Shown: positions 27,069-35,383, numbered from the stretch's first letter. The stretch: DNA of 35,383 bases from Thermococcus sp. (GCA_026987155.1 JALSNG010000064.1:1-35383); one strand, 5' to 3'. Made by a program: numbers and translations. The notes: generated by a model from the letters alone, not told the origin.

Positions 27069-28532
27069 TCAGCTCTCTTTAACTTTTAGAGCCTCAAGGA
27101 ACTTCTCCGTTATGGCCTCTTCGGCAAGCCTCAGGAGGGATGTTCTATCCTTGGCGAGTTTGAATATTCCCAGTGGTATCCTTGCCCCGCCTGACTGAGA
27201 GTGACCACCGGCGCTTCCAATGTCCCCGAAGGCTTCCCTTAGAACTGCTCCAACGTTAACCCTCACGTCCCTCGTTCTTGCGGATATCTCTATCCTGTCA
27301 TCGACTATGCCAAAGACGAGAACGGTCGTTATCCCCTCCAGCCTAAGAAGGAAGTCCGCGGATTCCGCTATCGCGTCTCTGTTGGTAATAAAACCCACGT
27401 TGCTGACAACCACGTTCTTGTAGATGCGCCTGTTTATTATTGCTTTTGCGAGTATTTCTGCCGTCTCTGTGCTTATGTCTGGGTGCTCTATCTTGTCCAG
27501 CAGCTCGTAGTTCACCTTCCCTGCAAGGAACTCTATGGCCTTAAGGTCAACGTGGCTGAGCTTGGAGAACTTCTTGGTGTCGATGTATATGCCGTAGAAA
27601 AGGCCGGTTGCGAGTTCGGAACTCATGGAAATGTTGAGGGTTCTTATGTACTCCGCAAGGATGGATGAGGAGGAGTTGACCTCGGGTCTTATGTCAAGGA
27701 AGGCCCCATCCGGGATGAGGTCGTCGAGATGCTGGAGGATTTGGTGATGGTCTACGATGATCTGAACCCTGTTGTAGTCATCCTTTTCAAGGATTGTTAG
27801 GTTCCCGTTGGGTTGACAGTCGACCATCGCGAGGAAGGGGTATTTTTTAAGTTCGTAGCTCCCCCTTGAGACCTTCATCATGTCAACTCCGAGGAGGTTT
27901 ACGAAGGCGCGGTTTTCGTGGTGGGTTATGTCCCCTCCGTAAACTATTTGAGTTTTAAACCCCATCGTCCTCGCTATTACGCTTAGCGCAGTTGCACTCG
28001 CTATCGAATCTGGATCTGGGTTGTCGTGCATTACTATCAGCAGGGAATCTCCCTTTTCTCGCAGTTCCTTAAGCTTTTTCATTAGTAGATTCGCGTTCTT
28101 TTTCTCCCCTATCATTTCCACCGTTCGGATCACGGCATCCTTTAGGGCGTCCTTGGGGGAAATCGCGTAATCTACCTTGATCTGAGCCTCGAATTCGTCC
28201 TCTATGGAGGAAAGGACGTCGTCGAGAGTGACGTCATCCGGTAGAAGGGTGAGAATTGGAACCTCCTTGTTGTTGCTCCTGATGACGTAGACGGTTTTCT
28301 TTATCGTTTCCACATTCATGGTCGTGATTATAACGAGATCCGCCCTTTCTACACCCGCTTTGAGGAGGCTGGCCGTGTATGAAAAGTCTCCTTGGACGAC
28401 GTTAAAACCGCTCTCGGCGAGGGCCTTCGCCCTCATTTCTTCTCCTTCTATTATGGTGACCTCGAATTCTCCTCTGAGAGCCTCAGCTATGGAGCGCCCA
28501 AGGGCACCTCCACCGAGTATCAGCACCCTCAT
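27069..28532 (-). CDS. TrkA-N (RCK) + DHH/DHHA1 phosphoesterase
   Basis: GGGALG Rossmann motif, HDNPDPD, MVD, VDHH, IYIDT, SAR and GGH motifs. ATG 28532 behind AGGTGG. Confidence 0.9.
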   Translation of the reverse strand: MRVLILGGGALGRSIAEALRGEFEVTIIEGEEMRAKALAESGFNVVQGDFSYTASLLKAGVERADLVIITTMNVETIKKTVYVIRSNNKEVPILTLLPDDVTLDDVLSSIEDEFEAQIKVDYAISPKDALKDAVIRTVEMIGEKKNANLLMKKLKELREKGDSLLIVMHDNPDPDSIASATALSVIARTMGFKTQIVYGGDITHHENRAFVNLLGVDMMKVSRGSYELKKYPFLAMVDCQPNGNLTILEKDDYNRVQIIVDHHQILQHLDDLIPDGAFLDIRPEVNSSSSILAEYIRTLNISMSSELATGLFYGIYIDTKKFSKLSHVDLKAIEFLAGKVNYELLDKIEHPDISTETAEILAKAIINRRIYKNVVVSNVGFITNRDAIAESADFLLRLEGITTVLVFGIVDDRIEISARTRDVRVNVGAVLREAFGDIGSAGGHSQSGGARIPLGIFKLAKDRTSLLRLAEEAITEKFLEALKVKES

Positions 28533-28644
28533 GTTCCCCACCTTGGCATAACAATGTTTAAATATCTGCACTGACATACTAAGACGGTGAACGCCTTCGG
28601 AGGTTCTATGACGGAGGGCTATATATATCTAATGGTGATGCCCT

Positions 28645-30357
28645 ATGAAACTGCCCACAAAGCAGCCCCTCAAGGAGAACGTTGTCATCACCTCCCCAGA
28701 TGAGCTCCGGGATCTGGTGACGAAGGCACTCTCTCATGGCAACGGTGCTTTCATGAAGATATTCGGACGCGACAGTAGGGGGAAGTACTACGTCACTGTT
28801 CTCTTTGACCGCTCGAAAGTCCTCGCCGCTGAATGTCTGTTAGTGGACGAGAAGAAGGACCTCATTGGAAGCGAAGCAGTGGCGGTTCTCAAGTCCCTGA
28901 TGAAAAACCCTATGGTCGTTGACGTATATACCCTCGATGAGCTGGAAACCAAGCTCTCCATAGCGGACAACGTTGATGTCTACGCTCAGACCGATAAAGT
29001 GCCCCTCTCCGAGCTCTTTGGAGTCGAGGTTTCCGAAGTAACTCAGGCGCCTGTTGAGGAGAAACCCGTTCCCACCGCTGCATCCGCTCTGAAGTCTCCG
29101 GAGGAGGAGACACTTCCGGAGGAACCCAGACCTCAGCCCCAAGTGGAGAGAAAAGTCGAAAAGCCCGCTCCAGTTCCGAAGAAGATACCGAAAGAACCAG
29201 AGGTGATAGTCAACTTCACCGGTGGGAAACTTCCGGAAAAGGCATTTAAGGATTACGCTGAGGCCCTCCTTAAGGAAGCGAGGAGGATCCGTAACCTTCA
29301 CATATACAGGATAGAGTTTGACTCCAACCTGAGCGAGGGAGTGGCCTACCTTAACGTGAGGCTCTACGGCACTTCTGATGGCTCGAGCAGAGACATGGAG
29401 ATAGCCGAGAAGAGACTCCTACATGCGGTCAGCAAGCATGCTCCAATAATTCTCAGGGAGGCGGAGGTAAAGCCCATAGTAAAGGACGTTGCTGTCATAA
29501 TCAACGGTGAAGAAGTTAAGCCTCAGGAGATCGTGGATAAGGAGAAGAAGAAAACGGGAAAAGTAACAAAGGATGGACGGGTAAGCCTTTCAGTTGTTGA
29601 AGATGTCTGGCCCTACTTCAGCGCCTACGCGAGAACAGTAATCTCGGAAATCGAGGGGTCGGGTATCAGGGTTGACAAAGCATATTTTGACGTCAAGGGA
29701 AGAAGAGAGTTTGAAATCAACCTTTATGCGGCCCTTGAGAGCAGCATGTCCCAGGAGGAACTCGTGGGTACGGTGAGGACTATACTAACGAGGCACGCGA
29801 GGGAACTCGCGCGTTCCATCGATAGATACATCACCGTTCGTACCGTTGAGATTGAGAGGATAACCCCCAAGTCCCAGGGAGTTTCACCTCAGGGGAGCAG
29901 GGCAGTCAGCTCCACTAAGGCCGCAGAGATACTCGCGAAGAGGGAAGAGCTCGAAAAGGAGGTTGAGAAACTCCTCAAGCAGGCTGGAATAGAGGAACTT
30001 GCACCTCTCACTGAGGAGAAAAAGAGGGAAGCAGAAGAAACCGCAATGAGGTCAAAGATCCAGCCGGCCCTTGAGACACTCAAGACCAGAATCCACACAG
30101 AACTGAAGCTCATCCCGAGGGTGACCTTCAAGTGGCTCAAACTGAACCATGAGGTTAAGGACGGGAAAGTCCTCATAGATGTTGAGGCGAGTTTCATAAA
30201 AGAGTCGACCGGGGGGCTTTTTGGCTCCTTCTCAGGTGTTCCCGACGAGAAGATAAAGCAGGATGTAGCTGAGACGGTCCAGCGGGTTGCCAAGGAAGTC
30301 GGAAGGGACTACGGAATCGTTATAGCGGTAAGGAAGCTAAACGTAATCCTCCGCTGA
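28645..30357 (+). CDS. DUF2226-like multidomain protein with Pro/Glu linker and three repeated alpha/beta domains
   Basis: 570-aa ORF. N-terminal domain carries VVDVYTLDELETKLSIADN; P/E/K-rich linker at about aa 130-190. Confidence 0.7.
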   Translation: MKLPTKQPLKENVVITSPDELRDLVTKALSHGNGAFMKIFGRDSRGKYYVTVLFDRSKVLAAECLLVDEKKDLIGSEAVAVLKSLMKNPMVVDVYTLDELETKLSIADNVDVYAQTDKVPLSELFGVEVSEVTQAPVEEKPVPTAASALKSPEEETLPEEPRPQPQVERKVEKPAPVPKKIPKEPEVIVNFTGGKLPEKAFKDYAEALLKEARRIRNLHIYRIEFDSNLSEGVAYLNVRLYGTSDGSSRDMEIAEKRLLHAVSKHAPIILREAEVKPIVKDVAVIINGEEVKPQEIVDKEKKKTGKVTKDGRVSLSVVEDVWPYFSAYARTVISEIEGSGIRVDKAYFDVKGRREFEINLYAALESSMSQEELVGTVRTILTRHARELARSIDRYITVRTVEIERITPKSQGVSPQGSRAVSSTKAAEILAKREELEKEVEKLLKQAGIEELAPLTEEKKREAEETAMRSKIQPALETLKTRIHTELKLIPRVTFKWLKLNHEVKDGKVLIDVEASFIKESTGGLFGSFSGVPDEKIKQDVAETVQRVAKEVGRDYGIVIAVRKLNVILR

Positions 30358-30381
30358 TTCTCTTTAATTTACATCTCAAAC

Positions 30382-30440
30382 CATTTCAGCACTCAAGATC
30401 GTCATCATCCTGACGTCAGCACTGCCGAGGTCATCACGTG
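30382..30440 (-). ncRNA. C/D box methylation guide sRNA (predicted Cm34 tRNA-Leu(CAA) guide; sR47-like)
   Basis: Minus strand reads GTGATGA-cctcggcagtg-CTGA-cgtcagg-ATGATGA-cgatcttgagtg-CTGA, giving perfect C, D', C' and D boxes with 11- and 12-nt guides. TTATAAAT lies about 25 nt upstream. Confidence 0.93.
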
Positions 30441-30460
30441 GGTATATATAATGCGGTGAT

Positions 30461-31213
30461 TTATAATCCCTTTGCGGGGGTGGGAGTTACAATGGGTACG
30501 GGTTCTTTGCCCCCACCATTGTAGCGGTAGGCTCGAGGTTCAAAGTTTGGAAGTGGTGACCTGAGCACATACATCTCTTCTATTACGCCATGCTCATATT
30601 TTCTGCCTGAAAACTCTATTACATAGTCACTGAACTCTATGTTCCAGGAGAGGAACTCTTTTGAGACTCTGTCTGTTCCTAAAAGGTACATTGAAAAGAG
30701 GCCTCTGCCGTTTATTATGTTGTTGGTAAATAACCTTTTCAGGAGTTTTATCGTTCTTTCCTCGCCCACCTCAAATGCCATGCCGTCAAGAGAGAATATT
30801 AGGTCGACGATTTCTCTATCTCCAGTTTTCTGGAGGATATCCCGGTATATTCCTTCGAGCTTGGGGATGTAGGTTTCGGGGTTGAATCCACCTATTCTAT
30901 ACACGTATCCGTTAGAGGGTTGGGGGTTATAGCGGGAGCCAAATACATCTACGATGAAAAGATTGCCTTTCATGCCCTCTTCATTTACCTCAAGACCCGC
31001 AGACCTTGCCCTTAGAATGAGTCTTTGGAGTGGTAGATTGTAGTTTATGATTATCCCAACTGCTCCACGTTTGAGTTGTTCCTTAAGTATTTTGAAGGGA
31101 AGAGTCCAACCGGAGGAAAGGGAGTCATACATCACCAGGAGGCTGGAGCCCTTAACGATCCCCCCACCAACTGCATCATCGATATAACTAATCCCTGACG
31201 TTACCACCTGCAT
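30461..31213 (-). CDS. Degenerate KaiC-like/RAD55 ATPase-fold protein (Walker A disrupted)
   Basis: VTSGISYIDDAVGGGIVKGS start and FSDYVIEF, but the P-loop reads YDSLSSGWT (no GKT). ATG 31213 preferred as start. Confidence 0.75.
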   Translation of the reverse strand: MQVVTSGISYIDDAVGGGIVKGSSLLVMYDSLSSGWTLPFKILKEQLKRGAVGIIINYNLPLQRLILRARSAGLEVNEEGMKGNLFIVDVFGSRYNPQPSNGYVYRIGGFNPETYIPKLEGIYRDILQKTGDREIVDLIFSLDGMAFEVGEERTIKLLKRLFTNNIINGRGLFSMYLLGTDRVSKEFLSWNIEFSDYVIEFSGRKYEHGVIEEMYVLRSPLPNFEPRAYRYNGGGKEPVPIVTPTPAKGL

Positions 31214-31357
31214 AGGGCTCACGGTAATCACTAACACTTTAGGGTATATAACTTTTTTGCTCCATCAGAACAATGTTGTCTTAAAATGACAAACTTTTTT
31301 AAATCGGGAAACTTTTATTAGGATGAGGGATATAGTAAATTTGGAGGAGAGTAAGCC

Positions 31358-32152
31358 ATGAATCCGGAGAATATGCTCAAAATGCTAATGAGTTCGGGAA
31401 TAAAGTACAGGATAGTAGTTGCCCTATCCGATGGTCCCAGAAGTCTTGGTGAGCTTCACGGAATGGTGGGCTCCACAAAATCCACCATATCCCATGCCCT
31501 CAGTGATTTGATGGACGAAAACCTCGTGTTCCAGGATCCTGAGAACAAAAAGTACGGGCTTACCAACATCGGTTATCTCGTTTACCTCCAGATTAGGAAC
31601 GTAACGGAGGCCCTGGAAACCATAAGGAAGTTCGAGGACTTCTGGTTGAATCATGATCTGAGTGGTATTCCATCCGAATTGCTTCTGCAGATAGGGGATT
31701 TAAAGGATTGCGAGCTCCACGTTACAACTCCAGATTATCTCAGACTTCCCCATGAGGTTTATATGGAACTGATAAAGACCTCTAAGTGGATACGTGGGGT
31801 CTCCCCGATCCTCTTCTCCGATTATCCCGGAGAGTTTCTTGACCTTGCGTTTGGAAAGGATGTTGACATTGAGATAATAACCACGAAGAAGGTCTATAAA
31901 AGACTCATTGAGCTTGCTCGACCAGAGGAAGTGGAGAGGGTCAGGGATCTCCCAAACGTGAGACTCTACGTCATTGAGGAAGATCCCAAGGTTGCATTCA
32001 CGGTGACCGACAACTTTCTCTCCTTGGGGTTGTTTTTTCCCAACGGCACGTATGACATGATGACTGACATGATGGGAAGGAGTGAGCGTGCCAAGAAATG
32101 GGGGTTGGAGTTGTTTGAGTATTATAAGAGAAATTCGGAAAGGGTTTTATAA
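31358..32152 (+). CDS. ArsR-like wHTH transcription regulator with DUF1724 (FilR1-middle-like) domain
   Basis: HTH (STKSTISHALSDL...YGLTNIG), FWLNHDLSGIP, VTDNFLSLGLF...GTYD, AKKWGLELFEYY. Confidence 0.88.
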   Translation: MNPENMLKMLMSSGIKYRIVVALSDGPRSLGELHGMVGSTKSTISHALSDLMDENLVFQDPENKKYGLTNIGYLVYLQIRNVTEALETIRKFEDFWLNHDLSGIPSELLLQIGDLKDCELHVTTPDYLRLPHEVYMELIKTSKWIRGVSPILFSDYPGEFLDLAFGKDVDIEIITTKKVYKRLIELARPEEVERVRDLPNVRLYVIEEDPKVAFTVTDNFLSLGLFFPNGTYDMMTDMMGRSERAKKWGLELFEYYKRNSERVL

Positions 32153-32172
32153 TATTTGTAACTAATTGTTAA

Positions 32173-33093
32173 ATGATGACGAGAGCATTGGGGAGCCCCG
32201 TGGAGTACTCGGGGCATGGGGTTATTGTGGATATTATGGAAGGGTTCATTGGGTTAGTTGGGCGATTCCTTGGTTTACTGATCTCTACATCCATCTTCTT
32301 GGCGTTGAGTGGGGTTTTTAAGCTCTACTTCTCCTTCCTCCTTTATGGTGTTCCACCAAAATGGAATCTTCTTGGCGCCACATTTTTCTTGATTTTTGCC
32401 GTTTACGGTCTTAACAAACTGACAGACCTGAGGGAGGATGTAATAAACAATCCAGAAAGGGTGGAGTATGTAAAAAAGCTCTACGGGGGCATGAAGTATG
32501 CGGTTATGGTCTCTCTTGGAATGGCCCTCTTTTTGGGTTACCTTACGGGGTGGAAAGCCGTTGCAGTGTTAATTTTTCCCATTGTGGCGGGTTTCTTCTA
32601 CAGTGTGAGACTACTTCCAGGGTATCCAAGGTTGAAGGACATAACTGGTGTTAAAAACCTGATAATAGCCACTACCTGGGCCAATGGAACGGCATTTCTC
32701 CCTTCAATTGCGTCAGGAGGTATTAGTCCCCTCAAAGTTATTCTCGTTTACTATTTCTTCTTCATGAAGAGCATGATAAACACAATACTTTTTGACGTGA
32801 GGGATGTGGAGGGGGATAGATTGAACGGTATAAACACCATACCCGTGAGGTTTGGCGTTGGGAGAACCAGGCTCCTACTCCTCATCATGAACTCGAGTTT
32901 CGTTTTGTGGCTCTTGGTTGCATACAGCATGGGTTATTTCATTCAATACCTTCCGGTGCTCATCTTTGCCATAATCAATGGCTATGCTTACGTACTGTAC
33001 TTTTCGAGGAGAGGATATAAGCCGGGTAAATTCCTCGATATCTGGGTGGATGGGGAGTGGTTCTATACCCTGCCACTTGCGATGGTTCTCTAA
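32173..33093 (+). CDS. UbiA-superfamily membrane prenyltransferase
   Basis: Asp-rich motifs NKLTDLRED(VINNPER) and FDVRDVEGD, plus YS..RLKD; about 8-9 TM. Start may be 32236. Confidence 0.9.
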   Translation: MMTRALGSPVEYSGHGVIVDIMEGFIGLVGRFLGLLISTSIFLALSGVFKLYFSFLLYGVPPKWNLLGATFFLIFAVYGLNKLTDLREDVINNPERVEYVKKLYGGMKYAVMVSLGMALFLGYLTGWKAVAVLIFPIVAGFFYSVRLLPGYPRLKDITGVKNLIIATTWANGTAFLPSIASGGISPLKVILVYYFFFMKSMINTILFDVRDVEGDRLNGINTIPVRFGVGRTRLLLLIMNSSFVLWLLVAYSMGYFIQYLPVLIFAIINGYAYVLYFSRRGYKPGKFLDIWVDGEWFYTLPLAMVL

Positions 33094-33150
33094 CTTTTTC
33101 GTGTTTCATCGAAACGTTAAATTTTTAAACTGATAGTCTTTTTTCATACC

Positions 33151-34020
33151 ATGGATTCACTTCTGGTTGGAATAGCGACCGCACTCGTCTCGGCCTTTTC
33201 CTGGGCCATGTCCACGATTCTTATTAGGGTTGGACTCCACAATAAAAGCCCCATCTCAGCTAACATTTTTCGGCTGTACGTTGTTTCAATCATATATGCC
33301 TTCGTATTTGCCTTTTCTGGGAGCTTCACCATAATAAGGTCCCTTCCCCTGAGCATCATTTTGGTGGCCTTTGCATCTGCTCAGTTCGGCTTTGTTATCG
33401 GTGACTACTTCTATTTCAGCGCCCTTAAGAGAATGGGCGTTTCGAGAACAGTTCCTGTGACCTCAACCTATCCCCTGTGGGCGATTTTGTGGGCAGTTAT
33501 TTTTCTCGGAAGGAAAGTGAACCCGAGGGTTCTCGTTGGTGCGATCCTTGTTGTGATGGCGATAGTAATAGTCAAGAGGGCCGAAGATAAAGAGAACTCT
33601 GACCCTATGGGGTTTATATTTGCCCTCATGGCACCCCTCTCGTGGAGTGTGGCCATCGTTAGTATGGACTGGTTGACAGGAAGGATAGACGTGCTCACCC
33701 TCGCTGGTTTGAGGATGATGCTCGCCGCCATTGGTGTCTCAGTATTCCTTCCGAGATATGGTGGTGAACTGAGGAAGACCAGTAGGATGGAAGCTCTGGT
33801 GCTAACAGGGGCCGCGGTCTTCGGACTGTTGATTGGCCAGTACACCTTTGTCTATTCTGTTGAGATGGTGGGCTCTCAGATAGCGGCCCCAGTCTCGGCG
33901 ATAAACCCCATAATATCCTCGGTGTTTGCAGTGTTTCTCCTGAGGGAACCTCCCAACAGGAGGATTTTTGAGGGGCTTGCTCTCGCGGTGTTGGGTGTAG
34001 TTTTGATATCCACGGCTTAA
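33151..34020 (+). CDS. EamA/DMT family transporter
   Basis: Two 5-TM repeats (YFSALKRMGVSRTVPVTSTYPLW / YSVEMVGSQIAAPVSAINPII...LRE). Confidence 0.9.
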   Translation: MDSLLVGIATALVSAFSWAMSTILIRVGLHNKSPISANIFRLYVVSIIYAFVFAFSGSFTIIRSLPLSIILVAFASAQFGFVIGDYFYFSALKRMGVSRTVPVTSTYPLWAILWAVIFLGRKVNPRVLVGAILVVMAIVIVKRAEDKENSDPMGFIFALMAPLSWSVAIVSMDWLTGRIDVLTLAGLRMMLAAIGVSVFLPRYGGELRKTSRMEALVLTGAAVFGLLIGQYTFVYSVEMVGSQIAAPVSAINPIISSVFAVFLLREPPNRRIFEGLALAVLGVVLISTA

Positions 34021-34050
34021 CTTTTTAAAAGGTTCAACTAACTCTACTGT

Positions 34051-34199
34051 GCCGACGGCGAGGGTACACACCCTCGCACGGGCTCGGTATTCCCGCCTCC
34101 GCGAGCCGTGAGCGGAGCGTGCTCACGCCGAGCCCACAGGGCCGGGAGCATCCACCCGTGTGAGGGATGAGCGCGGGTCTCTGTACCCGGCCCACAATT
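34051..34199 (+). ncRNA. H/ACA box pseudouridylation guide RNA with two hairpins (HgcF/Pab35-like)
   Basis: GGGCTCGG(34080)...CCGAGCCC-ACA(34136-38) and GGGCCGGG(34139)...CCCGGCCC-ACA(34194-96), each with an internal pocket and apical GA/TGA K-loop. Extra 5' hairpin at 34058-34077. TTTTTAAA box at 34022-29. Family name is from memory. Confidence 0.9.
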
Positions 34200-34260
34200 C
34201 GAACCATTTCTGAGGAAAACTTATAACTCCTCAGGCATTGTTGATAACTGGTGGTTATTT

Positions 34261-34833
34261 ATGGTGATAATACCCCGCCCTGTGGATCCCAGAGAAATCA
34301 GGCGGATGCGCAAGGAGCTTGGGTTAACCCAAGAGGAGCTCGCGAGGAAAGCCGGTGTAACGCAGGCTTACATAGCCAAGTTGGAGTCTGGAAAGGTGGA
34401 CCCCAGACTTTCAACGTTTAACCGTATTCTTCAGGCTCTCCTTGAGTGTAAAAAGGCCCATCTCAGGGCGAGGGATGTCATGTCATCCCCGGTTATCTCC
34501 GTCAAACCCTATGATACTGTCGAGAAGGTTATCAGGATAATGAGCGAGAACAACATATCTCAACTTCCCGTAATGGCAGGTAATAAGATTGTTGGGTCCG
34601 TTACCGAGAGAAGCCTCGTGCGGCAGAGCCTTGAGTACGAGGATATCTATGACAGGAAAATAATGGAAGTTATGGAGGATCCTTTTCCCATAGTCAACGA
34701 GGAGGAAGACTTGGAGGTAGTGAAGTATCTCCTTGAGGACCATCCCGCAGTTCTCGTCCAGGATCGCTCCGGAAAGATACGGGGTATTATAACTCGGGTC
34801 GATATATTCAGGATTGGGAAGGAAAAGAATTGA
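34261..34833 (+). CDS. XRE-family HTH regulator with tandem CBS domains
   Basis: RKELGLTQEELARKAGVTQAYIAKLESG, followed by ARDVMS...ISQLPV...GIITRVD. Confidence 0.92.
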   Translation: MVIIPRPVDPREIRRMRKELGLTQEELARKAGVTQAYIAKLESGKVDPRLSTFNRILQALLECKKAHLRARDVMSSPVISVKPYDTVEKVIRIMSENNISQLPVMAGNKIVGSVTERSLVRQSLEYEDIYDRKIMEVMEDPFPIVNEEEDLEVVKYLLEDHPAVLVQDRSGKIRGIITRVDIFRIGKEKN

Positions 34834-34905
34834 TGGAGAATTTGTCCAACAAGCTTATATACCCCTCCCCCTATTCTTCCTGGACAATTAATCCAGGTGG
34901 TTGCC

Positions 34906-35383
34906 ATGAGGAAGTTTGCCCTTTTGCTCCTCCTGGTTGTGGTTGGGGCAGTAATCGCCTCTGGATGTATGGGAGGAGAGACCCATCAATCGATAACAGG
35001 TACTGTGGAGTCCTCTTCAACTAAGAACACCACGTCGACAGTGATGCAGGAATCCTCGACGACTTCAACGGCGTTCGGTGAATATTACCCCATCACCGTG
35101 GTGGATTTTGCCAACAGGACCGTTAGGATAGAGAAGGAACCCCAGAGGATAGTCTCCCTCGCCCCGAGCATAACGGAGGACCTCTATTACCTCGGGCTCT
35201 TTGACAAAGTAGTGGGCGTGACAATCTACGACGATTTCCCTTCGGGAGTGAATAACCTCACAAGGGTGGGTGGTTACGGGAAGTATGCTGATCTCGAGAG
35301 GATTGCTGCCCTTAATCCTGACCTTATTCTTGCTGACGGTTACTCCCTTCCAATCCTTAAGAGCCTTGAGAAGATAGCACCAG
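34906..35383 (+). CDS. ABC transporter substrate-binding lipoprotein (BtuF/Fe-siderophore class), 3'-truncated
   Basis: Not in the ORF track. Translated by hand: MRKFALLLLLVVVGAVIASGC (lipobox), an S/T-rich linker, then YPITVVDFANRTV...PQRIVSLAPSITE...VVGV...EEIAALNPDLIL. Open to the window end. Confidence 0.92.
   Translation, partial: MRKFALLLLLVVVGAVIASGCMGGETHQSITGTVESSSTKNTTSTVMQESSTTSTAFGEYYPITVVDFANRTVRIEKEPQRIVSLAPSITEDLYYLGLFDKVVGVTIYDDFPSGVNNLTRVGGYGKYADLERIAALNPDLILADGYSLPILKSLEKIAP

Noticed and set aside
30440-30470. Xer dif-like site (GGGTATATATAA...TTATAATCCC)
   Set aside because: The spacer and arms do not fit the 11-6-11 pattern; better explained as the sRNA promoter.
34830-35024. 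64-aa ORF after the HTH-CBS gene
   Set aside because: It overlaps, out of frame, the promoter and start of the real lipoprotein gene at 34906.

Overview
This is an archaeal chromosomal window from Thermococcales, most likely Thermococcus, judging by gene content, GGTGA-type RBSs and BRE/TATA promoters. It is densely coding and mostly housekeeping. In order it holds: di-myo-inositol-phosphate synthesis genes, pyrF, ribL, a cdrS-ftsZ-parA-RHH cell-cycle operon, cgi121, an aminotransferase, transporters, tRNA-Val(TAC), tgtA, a VapBC pair, Lhr helicase, a KaiC-like ATPase, prolyl oligopeptidase, AK6, SAM synthetase, a translin-EndoV-ribK operon, a PRC-barrel gene, a TrkA-DHH protein, a DUF2226 protein, an AT-richer KaiC-like/DUF1724-regulator/UbiA trio, EamA, HTH-CBS and a truncated BtuF-like lipoprotein. 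The ORF track misses several non-coding signals: a C/D-box guide RNA predicted to methylate C34 of tRNA-Leu(CAA), a two-hairpin H/ACA guide RNA, a structured leader with alternative folds upstream of translin, and a hairpin-repeat element at the 3' end of tRNA-Val. No CRISPR array, integrase or transposase was seen. All family calls are by motif recognition, not database searches.
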